From NCBI RefSeq assembly GCF_046569735.1, contig NZ_JBKICG010000012.1:30224-54223 (forward strand): a stretch of 24,000 nt of DNA, given 5' to 3'. Shown here one piece after another: positions 16,330 to 23,918 of the stretch. The stretch's first letter is position 1. Every line of letters begins with the position of its first letter. This stretch comes from Peptococcus simiae. Its GTDB lineage: Bacteria > Bacillota > Peptococcia > Peptococcales > Peptococcaceae. The translations under genes and the position numbers were made by a program. Below the pieces are notes generated by a model. That model was not told the origin of the DNA, made no database searches, and saw nothing but the letters and a program-made list of their open reading frames with translations.

Positions 16330-17830
16330 AATAAAAAAATATTTGAAAATAATTTATGAGATAGAAATACACTAAAAATATTAAAAATAAGCATAGGAAA
16401 TAAAGCTAGTGATTTTAGCTTAAAAAATCAACTAACTTTGTGGTACAAATTGGCAATTTTCCTTTAGAAGTTTAAATATAACTCTAACAAGTTTTTTTGC
16501 AGTATGAGAAAGGACGACATAATGATGTTTGCCTTCAGATTTCTTTTTCTGATAATATAAAGCAAAAGTTTCATCATTCATAGCTACAAGCCTTGCAGCA
16601 TTTAAAAGAGCCCATCTTAAATGAGGTGAACCTCTTTTAACCATAGAAACATCCTTAGCGACAAACTTACCTGATTGGTGAGTGCCAGGATCTAGACCAG
16701 CAAATGCAAGTAGTTGACCATCATTATCAAACCTGTTGATGTCAACAATTTCAGCTAAAATGATAGAAGCTAAATTGTAAGAAATACCAGGAATAGTCAT
16801 AAGAGGAGACTGAATTTGATCCATAATAAACTTGATTTTATCTTCTAAAACTTTAAACTTAGAAGAATAAAAATTAATCAAGTCAATAGTTTGAACGAGT
16901 TCAAAGCTAATAGCATCAGAATCAGAACCAATAGACTTAGCTGCAGCTTTTTTAATACAAATAGCCTTATCCTTGCCGTACTTACCACTAGAATTAGCCA
17001 TAAGAACATTAGTAAGTTTAGTAAGATGAGCATTTGCAATAAGCTCTTTAGAAGGAAACATCCTAAGCATAGCCAAAGTAGACTTTTGAGTAACAGAATA
17101 AACACAAGATTCAAGTTCAGGAAAAATAATATTAACAATCCTAGAAATTGAAATCTTAAGCTTAGATAATTGCGCTTTAAGTCTAGATCTGTATCTAGTA
17201 AGTGATTTAAGCTCCGAAATATGATAAGATAAATCTAGGTGGGGTTTAGCATCACTGGCAGATAACATAAGAGCAATTAACTTAGCATCAATTTTATCAG
17301 TTTTAGTCTTTCTAAGCGTATGAGCTTTTCTGAAAAGATTAATTTGAAGTGGATTGAAGATAACAGGATTAAAACCATATTCAACTAAGAAATTGATCAA
17401 GTTTAAAGAATAATGTCCAGTAGCTTCAAGCCCCACTTTTACATTATCAGAAGTCTCAGGCAAAAAAGATAAAAGCAAATTGAAACCATCTATATTATTA
17501 TCAAAAGAAAAAGAATCCTTAATAACATTTCCATCTGAATCACAAATATAGCAATCATGCTTATCCTTAGCAACATCGATACCAACTAAAATCATAAAAA
17601 ATATCCCTTCAAATAAAATTGGCTGTGATATCCACAAAAACTATGTATCGTATCCTTGCTCGATATAAAACGTCAGGCGTTATCTAACTCATAAACAAAT
17701 AAACATAGAAATGTGGTTGTAGCCTTATTAAAATAGTCAAAAGCTATAGGAGACTTAAACAATCCACAAGCCTATGATTATCATATAGTAAAAAATGAAA
17801 AATGAACACTATTTACTATGTGTTCATTAT
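16330..17830 (-). mobile_element. IS110-family insertion sequence (boundaries approximate, not resolved)
   Basis: Contains the DEDD transposase gene plus about 100 nt downstream and about 235 nt upstream of non-coding sequence. It is the only minus-strand gene in the window and splits an otherwise co-oriented RiPP/transporter locus. IS110 elements lack classical terminal inverted repeats, so the ends cannot be set by eye. Confidence 0.35.
16432..17595 (-). CDS. IS110-family (DEDD) transposase/recombinase
   Basis: MILVGIDVAKDKH (first D), GLEATGHY (E), KTDKIDAKLIA (D..D), and the C-terminal domain IPGISYNLASIILAEIVDINRFDNDGQLLAFAGLDPGTHQSGKF. I prefer the ATG at 17595 (RBS GAAGGGA) to the track start at 17637. 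Confidence 0.9.
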   Translation of the reverse strand: MILVGIDVAKDKHDCYICDSDGNVIKDSFSFDNNIDGFNLLLSFLPETSDNVKVGLEATGHYSLNLINFLVEYGFNPVIFNPLQINLFRKAHTLRKTKTDKIDAKLIALMLSASDAKPHLDLSYHISELKSLTRYRSRLKAQLSKLKISISRIVNIIFPELESCVYSVTQKSTLAMLRMFPSKELIANAHLTKLTNVLMANSSGKYGKDKAICIKKAAAKSIGSDSDAISFELVQTIDLINFYSSKFKVLEDKIKFIMDQIQSPLMTIPGISYNLASIILAEIVDINRFDNDGQLLAFAGLDPGTHQSGKFVAKDVSMVKRGSPHLRWALLNAARLVAMNDETFALYYQKKKSEGKHHYVVLSHTAKKLVRVIFKLLKENCQFVPQS

Positions 17831-17922
17831 ACAAGGGGACTCATTGGAGCAAAAGAAATAGGAGTAGAAAATTGTGCTTGGTTTAATAATAAGTTAAATG
17901 ATGAGTTTAGGAGGCTTTTAAT

Positions 17923-18585
17923 ATGAATGTAATCGAAGTAAAAAACATGAGCAAAAACTTTAAAAATAAAAAGCTATTCAACAGTTTTTCTTTAGAAATT
18001 GAAGAAAATACAGTGCATGCAATAGTAGGTCCTAATGGTTCTGGAAAAACTTCGCTTCTGAGAATATTAACGAATTTATATTATGAAGATAATGGAAAAG
18101 TTATCGTTAAGGGAAATCATGCAATGCTTTTAGAGAATGATTATTTGTATGAAGATAAGACTGGAATAGAAAATATAAAATTATATGGTTTATATTTTGG
18201 ATATGAGCCTGTAAATTACAAAAAATATTCTGAGCTTCTTCAAATAACAAATGATTTAGATAGGAAAGTATCAACATATTCTAAGGGAATGAAAAGGAAA
18301 TTATCTTTATTAATTATTGTAATGATGAATAGGGAGATAATATTTTTAGATGAGGTAACTAGTGGGGTAGATCCAATATCAAGAGTTGAGATTAGAAAAC
18401 TCATAAAATTACTAAAGGATGAAGGTAAGACCATAGTAATTACTAGTCATGACCTCTCAGAAATTGAAAAGATAGCTGATAAAGTATCTATGATTAAATC
18501 AGGAGAGTTACTTTTTACAAAGAATATTGGAGAAATTAAGGGAGAGAGCTTAGAAGATTTATTTATAGAGGAAGGTACAAAATGA
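17923..18585 (+). CDS. ABC transporter ATP-binding protein
   Basis: Walker A GPNGSGKTS, signature YSKGMKRKL, Walker B IIFLDEVTSGVD, H-loop TSHD. RBS TAGGAGG. ATGA overlap with the next gene. Confidence 0.9.
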   Translation: MNVIEVKNMSKNFKNKKLFNSFSLEIEENTVHAIVGPNGSGKTSLLRILTNLYYEDNGKVIVKGNHAMLLENDYLYEDKTGIENIKLYGLYFGYEPVNYKKYSELLQITNDLDRKVSTYSKGMKRKLSLLIIVMMNREIIFLDEVTSGVDPISRVEIRKLIKLLKDEGKTIVITSHDLSEIEKIADKVSMIKSGELLFTKNIGEIKGESLEDLFIEEGTK

Positions 18586-19295
18586 AAAATAAGATGAATA
18601 TTAATAGAGCCTGTAGGTACTATTTAAGTAAAGACAAGGATTTTATTTTAAATTTATTATTATTTACTTTGATTTCTCTTGGCTTTATTTTTTTACTATA
18701 TAAGGGGATGTTTGATTCTAGAGGAAATGATTATATTATATTAATGCTATATGTACTAATGCTTGGAATTTCATTAATTATGTCTAATTCTATGGTTGTT
18801 AATTTGACAGTCAAGGATAAACTAAATAAACGTATTGAATTTATTCTAGCATCAGGAATTAATATAAAAGATGTGATTAAAGCCTATGCAATAGAAATGT
18901 GGAGACTATCTTCTATTGTTCCATTTTTATTATTTTTCCTAACTTATGTCCTAGTAGACTTTAAAATCGAATTTAAGTGGATTGTAGGCATATTTGTTAC
19001 AATGATAGGAATGACTTACTTTGAAATACTATTTTTTAACCTTATAAGCTTATCCCAAAAAAACTTCAAGTTTTTCAAAAATATAGTTTTCTTTGGAACA
19101 ACAATTTTAATTTACATGATAGGCACTTTTTCAGAGAAGATTCTATCATTAATAGAAAGATATAATCTAAATCTTATTTATATCATTCTAGGTATAAATA
19201 TTGGCTTAGGATTAATCTTTGCAGTTTTTTCTATGAAAGATTTGTCTAAGATAAACAATGAATCTATAATTAATAAAGAAGGGTCATGGTCATGA
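18582..19295 (+). CDS. ABC-2-type transporter permease (multi-pass membrane protein)
   Basis: 237 aa with about six hydrophobic segments. Translationally coupled to the ATPase on one side and the second permease on the other. Confidence 0.65.
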   Translation: MKNKMNINRACRYYLSKDKDFILNLLLFTLISLGFIFLLYKGMFDSRGNDYIILMLYVLMLGISLIMSNSMVVNLTVKDKLNKRIEFILASGINIKDVIKAYAIEMWRLSSIVPFLLFFLTYVLVDFKIEFKWIVGIFVTMIGMTYFEILFFNLISLSQKNFKFFKNIVFFGTTILIYMIGTFSEKILSLIERYNLNLIYIILGINIGLGLIFAVFSMKDLSKINNESIINKEGSWS

Positions 19296-19930
19296 AGTTA
19301 GTAATTAACGATTTAAGAAAGCTTTTAGATAAAAATGCCTTATTAATGTCTCTTATGGCACTAATCTGCTCCTTTATGGCTCTATTTTTTGCTGATGGAG
19401 GAAGCCAAGAGATAAATAAGGTCATCAATACAATTAAAATTGATGGGATTTTAATACTTTTTGTAATGTTTGGAGTAGAACTCGCTAAAAATACCTTGGT
19501 ATCAGATAAGATTAGCAAAAAGCTTGAATTTTTACTTGCAAATGGACTTTCTATAAAAAAAATTCTAGCCAAATATTTGTTTAGTATTTATTTAGGGGCT
19601 TTGATAATAGTCCTTCCAAGCCTTGTATTAAACCTAGTTAAACTTGATCTAAGCTTAACCATTGGTATAAACTTAATTTTATCAAGTTTTCTTTACACTC
19701 TAATAATAGTTTTTGTAATTCTTAATACTAGAAACATGAATAAAATAAATTCTCTCCAAATTCGGTTGATAGGACTATCTTTAGCTATTATGATAACATC
19801 TGCCATTGTATATAATTTTACAAACTCCTTTACATTTTATTTTCTTACTAAGTTTATTATCTTAGCTTCAATTATTATATTTTTGGGTATTAATATTAAT
19901 AAAGAAAGGATTGTAATTAGTTACTATTAG
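19286..19930 (+). CDS. ABC-2-type transporter permease, second subunit
   Basis: 214 aa, multi-pass hydrophobic. Its start overlaps the preceding gene by 10 nt. Confidence 0.65.
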   Translation: MVMKLVINDLRKLLDKNALLMSLMALICSFMALFFADGGSQEINKVINTIKIDGILILFVMFGVELAKNTLVSDKISKKLEFLLANGLSIKKILAKYLFSIYLGALIIVLPSLVLNLVKLDLSLTIGINLILSSFLYTLIIVFVILNTRNMNKINSLQIRLIGLSLAIMITSAIVYNFTNSFTFYFLTKFIILASIIIFLGININKERIVISYY

Positions 19931-19932
19931 AT

Positions 19933-21090
19933 ATGTATAAGAAATTAGAAAAAATTGTAATAAGCCATTTAATGATAATTTTATTTTGGGGTCTTCTTTT
20001 TAAAAACAATTTGTTAGTAAAAGAGGGCCCAATTTTAAATGCAGTTTCACTTATATTATTTTTCACCTTGTATGGACTTATATACACAGAAATTTCGAAT
20101 AAAAAAATACCGGAATTTGTTTCCATTTTGGTTGTTTTTACTTCTCTTTTGCCGTTGAGCCTTATTTTAATAAATAATCTACACTATAAAGTCTCCTTTG
20201 CCATTATTAGTATTGCTTCAACATGCCTGTTTATTAAAAAATACATGGATATAGAGAGTTTTAAATATATAAACATCTTACCAATATCAAGAAAATCTAC
20301 ACAAACATTTACTATCAAACTAGTATTTTTTATTTTTGTGGTAATTTACTTATTTGATATAGATACGGCAATGATAAATATATTTACTCAAATAGTTTTT
20401 CTTATTACAGAATTTTTCTTTATCTTATTTTTAAAGGAGAAAGAGTTAGCTTTTGAGAAAACCTTCAAACTTTATTACCTATCAGACTATATGGCGAGCG
20501 AAAGAGATGAATTTGCAAGAATTATTCATGACGATATTTTGCAAGATATATATGCAAGTAAAAATTACTTATCTTCAAAAAATCCTGATATAGAATATTC
20601 TAAAAATATCCTAAGAGAACTTGAGGAAAAAGCACGAAATATAATGAAATTCTACCAATCTTCTTTATTTGAAAAAGCAAATTTGGAAACATCTCTATTA
20701 GCTATATTTGATAATGTAGCTTCACTATATCCAGATAAAAATATTGAAATTACTAAATATATCGATAGTGATATGACAGAGGATAAAAGATTAATTAGGT
20801 TGATTTCAATAATATCAAAAGAACTTATAAATAATGTATATAAGCATTCCGATGCTAAATATTTATCTTATAAACTTTATAAAAAAGGAAATTTTGTATA
20901 TATAGAAATGGAAAGTGATGGCGCAAGATCAGATGATTTTAATAAAATTAAGGAATCTAAAAGAGGGGTTTTGCTGCTTAAACTTTTGATAGATTCAAAT
21001 TCAGGAAATATTTCCTATGGATTAAACAAGGGAATACTTACAACAAGAGTTAGCTTGGAGGTGGAAAAAGATGAAAATTATTTTGCTTGA
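19933..21090 (+). CDS. Membrane sensor histidine kinase, HisKA_3 (NarL-partner) type
   Basis: The N-terminal ~170 aa is hydrophobic with several TM segments and no large extracytoplasmic loop. H-box ERDEFARIIHDDILQDI. N-box SKELINNVYKHS. The G-boxes are degenerate (ESDGAR..., KRGVLLLKLL). Confidence 0.75.
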   Translation: MYKKLEKIVISHLMIILFWGLLFKNNLLVKEGPILNAVSLILFFTLYGLIYTEISNKKIPEFVSILVVFTSLLPLSLILINNLHYKVSFAIISIASTCLFIKKYMDIESFKYINILPISRKSTQTFTIKLVFFIFVVIYLFDIDTAMINIFTQIVFLITEFFFILFLKEKELAFEKTFKLYYLSDYMASERDEFARIIHDDILQDIYASKNYLSSKNPDIEYSKNILRELEEKARNIMKFYQSSLFEKANLETSLLAIFDNVASLYPDKNIEITKYIDSDMTEDKRLIRLISIISKELINNVYKHSDAKYLSYKLYKKGNFVYIEMESDGARSDDFNKIKESKRGVLLLKLLIDSNSGNISYGLNKGILTTRVSLEVEKDENYFA

Positions 21091-21664
21091 TGACCATAAA
21101 TTATTTGGTGGATCTCTTAAGATGCTTTTAGAAGAGCAAGAAGAAATTTCATGTGCCTATGTATCAAAAGCCCAAGAGTTTTTAAAAATGATAGAAAAAG
21201 AAATCTACGATATTTTCTTAATTGACATAAATTTAAAAGATGATAAGACTGGTCTTGATTTAATTAAAGATTTGATAGATGAAAATCCCAGACAAAAGAT
21301 AATAGTTTTAACATCTTATGACTTAGATAATTACAAGGATATGGCTTTTAAGTTAGGAGTAAAGGATTTTATAAATAAGTCTGTTGAAATAGAAGAACTC
21401 TTAGCAAGAATAAATAATGTATATAAAGGAAACTATAAGAAAATAGATAAATACATTGTTGATCCACTGACTAAACGAGAGATAGAAGTACTGGAAGAAT
21501 TAATAAAGGGGTCAAGCAAAAAAGATATTGCCAAGAAGCTTTTTATCAGTGAGAGGACCCTTTATAATCATATAGCAAATATATATGATAAATTACAATC
21601 TAAAAATATTGTTGAAGCCTATAATAAGGCTATGGAGCTTGGCTATATATATCCGGTTATGTAA
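21071..21664 (+). CDS. Response regulator, NarL/LuxR family
   Basis: Receiver domain: MKIILLDDH..., FLIDINL (phospho-acceptor Asp context), LTSY, KLGVKDFINK. C-terminal LuxR HTH: LTKREIEVLEELIKGSSKKDIAKKLFISERTLYNHIANIYDKL. Overlaps the kinase gene by 20 nt. Confidence 0.9.
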   Translation: MKIILLDDHKLFGGSLKMLLEEQEEISCAYVSKAQEFLKMIEKEIYDIFLIDINLKDDKTGLDLIKDLIDENPRQKIIVLTSYDLDNYKDMAFKLGVKDFINKSVEIEELLARINNVYKGNYKKIDKYIVDPLTKREIEVLEELIKGSSKKDIAKKLFISERTLYNHIANIYDKLQSKNIVEAYNKAMELGYIYPVM

Positions 21665-21795
21665 GATTATATGATTAAAACTTATTTGGAGATTATATTT
21701 TATGATTTATGAAAACTCTCATAGATATAAAAACTGAGATTAAACATCTTGCCAACTTATTATAATCGTAGAAATAAAAAAAGTGAGGGATGTTT

Positions 21796-21954
21796 ATGTT
21801 AAAACAAGTTCTAGATATAATAATTTTATATTTACTAATATATTTGTTTGGAGCATATATTATTTTTCTAGTGAAGTCTGTGATATATGGAAAAGAAAAA
21901 GTTTATGGTTGTTCAAAGCCTACACTAATGGAAAAAATTTTTATAGGATGCTAA
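21796..21954 (+). CDS. Hypothetical small membrane peptide (52 aa), absent from the ORF track
   Basis: GAGG (21785..21788) lies 7 nt upstream of the ATG. Translation: MLKQVLDIIILYLLIYLFGAYIIFLVKSVIYGKEKVYGCSKPTLMEKIFIGC, with one clear TM helix. It competes with the GTG-initiated 65-aa track ORF in another frame, which looks like AT-rich noise. Confidence 0.3.
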   Translation: MLKQVLDIIILYLLIYLFGAYIIFLVKSVIYGKEKVYGCSKPTLMEKIFIGC

Positions 21955-22096
21955 CAAGTGTTTCATACTTTAAAAATTAATATTGATTTTAAATTTGATA
22001 GGATTGTACTCTTATTAAAATTTTGCAGTAGCTTATATTAAATTAACAGTATAGAAGCAGCAAAAAGATAGAAATTTGGTGGAAAACACAAATATT

Positions 22097-22126
22097 GGTG
22101 GTCTTCGGACTGCCTTTATTTTTTTT
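22097..22126 (+). terminator. Rho-independent terminator (repeat copy 3)
   Basis: GGTGGTC-TTCG-GACTGCC (same hairpin, one C-to-T change that keeps pairing as G-U) followed by TTTATTTTTTTT. About 20-40 nt upstream shows weaker similarity to the sequence preceding copies 1 and 2. Confidence 0.75.
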
Positions 22127-22157
22127 GTATTTATGTTTTAGAAAAGTGAATAATATT

Positions 22158-22186
22158 ATGAAAAAAGTGAAGGTTTATGATATAAT
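22158..22186 (+). promoter_or_regulatory. Candidate sigma-A promoter with extended -10 for the XRE/methyltransferase operon
   Basis: ATGAAA (-35, 4/6), a 17-nt spacer, then TGaTATAAT (extended -10, 22178..22186). It lies about 37 nt upstream of the XRE start. Confidence 0.5.
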
Positions 22187-22222
22187 ATAACTGATACAGA
22201 ATTCATGAATGGAGAGATAGTC

Positions 22223-22438
22223 ATGTTAAAAATCAGCTATAAAAAGCTATTTAAAAAAATGATTGACCTAGATTTAAATAATACAGAATTAATGGAAAAA
22301 ACAAATATTAGTAGAAGTACATTTTATAAAATGAAAAATGGGGAGAATATTACAACTGACGTATTGTTAAGAATATGTGAAGGATTAAATTGTAATCTTT
22401 ACGAAATTATGGAGTTAGTTAAAGATGAAAATAATTGA
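22223..22438 (+). CDS. XRE/Cro-C1-type HTH regulator (possible R-M controller protein)
   Basis: MLKISYKKLFKKMIDLDLNNTELMEKTNISRSTFYKMKNGENITTDVLLRICEGLNCNLYEIMEL is a typical short HTH_XRE pattern. RBS GGAGAG precedes the ATG at 22223, preferred over 22205. Overlaps the MTase start by 14 nt. Confidence 0.8.
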   Translation: MLKISYKKLFKKMIDLDLNNTELMEKTNISRSTFYKMKNGENITTDVLLRICEGLNCNLYEIMELVKDENN

Positions 22439-23918
22439 TTATGTTTTAAATAAGACAAATGAATATATTAAGATTGCATCTAAAGAAACTCGAAAAAGAA
22501 TAGGACAATTTTTTACTAGTAAAGAAACAGCAATATTCATGGCATCTTTATTTGACTTAAATATTAAAAGAGATGAGATATCTATTCTTGACCCAGGAGC
22601 TGGCTCTGGAATTCTTTCTGCGGCACTAATTCAGAGAATTATTGATAGCAAAATGATAAAAAAGATAAATTTAACATGTTATGAAACAGATGAAGACATT
22701 GTAAATTTGTTGGAAGCTAATTTATATTGGGTAAAGGAAAATTCAAATATAGATATAGAATATAGAATTATAGATAAGAATTATATTATAAGTCAGGATT
22801 ATGAATACAATAATTTCTTAGGAATGTATAACAATGTTAAAAAATATGATTTAGTTATATGTAATCCACCATATAAGAAAATTGGTAAAAAAGACAGAGA
22901 AGCAATTATAATGTCAGATGTTTGTTATGGTTCTCCTAATTTATATTTTCTTTTTATGCAAATGTCAAGTTTCAATCTAAAAGAAAATGGGGAACTGGTA
23001 TTTATTGTTCCAAGATCTTGGACATCTGGAGCATACTTTAAAAAATTTAGAGAAGAATTTTTAGAAGAAATGTCATTGGAGCATATACATTTATTTACGA
23101 GTAGAGATAAGGTTTTTGATAAAGAATCTGTCTTACAAGAAACTATGATAATAAAGGCTAAAAAGACAAGAATACCCCCTGAATTTATAACAATCACATC
23201 TAATAATGGAAATTTTGATTTTAAAAATACAACAATTTTTGAAGCAGATTATGATTTAGTTGTTTCTAAAAAAAATAAATATATATATTTAATTACAAAT
23301 GAAGAAGAAGCAAATACAATAAAACAAGTAAAAGAGTGGAAAGATACTTTGCCAAGCTTGGGATTAAAAATGAAAACAGGATTAACTGTGGATTTTAGAA
23401 ATAGTGAAGTATTGAGAGATAGATCTGAAGAAGAAGCAGTACCCTTATTCTATTCTCAGCATATAAAGGATGGAAAAGTTGTTTTTCCAATGGGTAAGGA
23501 TAATGAATATATTTTAAATTCAAAAAAGGGGTTATTACAAGAGAATAAAAATTATTTATTTGTAAAGAGATTTACATCTAAAGAAGAAAAGAGACGACTA
23601 CAATGTGGAGTCTATTTAGCAAAAAAATATCCAGAGTATGAAAAGATAAGCACTCAAAATAAATTAAATTTTATAACTGGATTTGAAAATTTATCTGAGT
23701 GTTTAGTATATGGATTATATGTGGTTCTAAATTCCACTTTATATGATCAGTATTATAGAATTTTAAATGGTTCAACTCAAGTTAATTCAACAGAAATTAA
23801 TTCTATGCCAGTTCCTCCACTAGAATACATTGAGAATATGGGAAAAGATTTGATAAAGGTAAAAGATATGTCAGAAAAAACATGTGATGAAATATTAGGG
23901 AGATATATTTATGTCTAA
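22425..23918 (+). CDS. Type II N6-adenine DNA methyltransferase, gamma class (Eco57I/TaqI/PstI-like)
   Basis: Motif I ILDPGAGSGILS lies upstream of motif IV VICNPPY (this order is the gamma class). N-terminal GQFFTSKETAIFMA. At 497 aa it is similar in size to M.PstI/M.BsuBI. Confidence 0.85.
   Translation: MKIIDYVLNKTNEYIKIASKETRKRIGQFFTSKETAIFMASLFDLNIKRDEISILDPGAGSGILSAALIQRIIDSKMIKKINLTCYETDEDIVNLLEANLYWVKENSNIDIEYRIIDKNYIISQDYEYNNFLGMYNNVKKYDLVICNPPYKKIGKKDREAIIMSDVCYGSPNLYFLFMQMSSFNLKENGELVFIVPRSWTSGAYFKKFREEFLEEMSLEHIHLFTSRDKVFDKESVLQETMIIKAKKTRIPPEFITITSNNGNFDFKNTTIFEADYDLVVSKKNKYIYLITNEEEANTIKQVKEWKDTLPSLGLKMKTGLTVDFRNSEVLRDRSEEEAVPLFYSQHIKDGKVVFPMGKDNEYILNSKKGLLQENKNYLFVKRFTSKEEKRRLQCGVYLAKKYPEYEKISTQNKLNFITGFENLSECLVYGLYVVLNSTLYDQYYRILNGSTQVNSTEINSMPVPPLEYIENMGKDLIKVKDMSEKTCDEILGRYIYV

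Noticed and set aside
16878-17151. Two 86-aa ORFs (one per strand, out of the transposase frame) inside the IS110 transposase gene
   Set aside because: They are nested in a CDS with complete DEDD and C-terminal motifs, and their translations are repetitive Leu/Asn/Arg-rich noise.
17596-17637. Longer N-terminus (MWISQPILFEGIFF) for the IS110 transposase
   Set aside because: IS110 transposases start immediately before the VGIDVAK motif. The ATG at 17595 has a GAAGGGA RBS, and the extension would include that RBS.
16296-17831. 7-nt direct repeat CATTATA at 16296..16302 and 17825..17831 as a possible IS110 target-site or core duplication
   Set aside because: A 7-mer of this composition is expected by chance in two AT-rich ~100-nt flanks. 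IS110 elements do not make classical duplications of this length. It is mentioned only as one possible junction.
21783-21980. 65-aa GTG-initiated ORF (MRDVYVKTSSRYNNFIF...)
   Set aside because: It has a non-ATG start that overlaps the likely RBS of the alternative 52-aa frame. Its Asn/Tyr/Phe/Ser-rich composition looks like AT-rich noise. I kept the 52-aa frame, at low confidence.
14629-22046. Short shared blocks TTTGCAGTA and ATTAAATTAA just after terminator copy 2 (14629..14637, 14650..14659) and just before the copy-3 region (22022..22030, 22037..22046), as possible att-like ends of module 2
   Set aside because: The blocks are only 9 and 10 nt. The spacing differs (12 vs 6 nt), and one block is pure A/T. 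I cannot separate this from chance without comparative data.
22205-22222. Upstream start (MNGEIV) for the XRE regulator
   Set aside because: The GGAGAG RBS lies inside this extension and is correctly spaced for the ATG at 22223.
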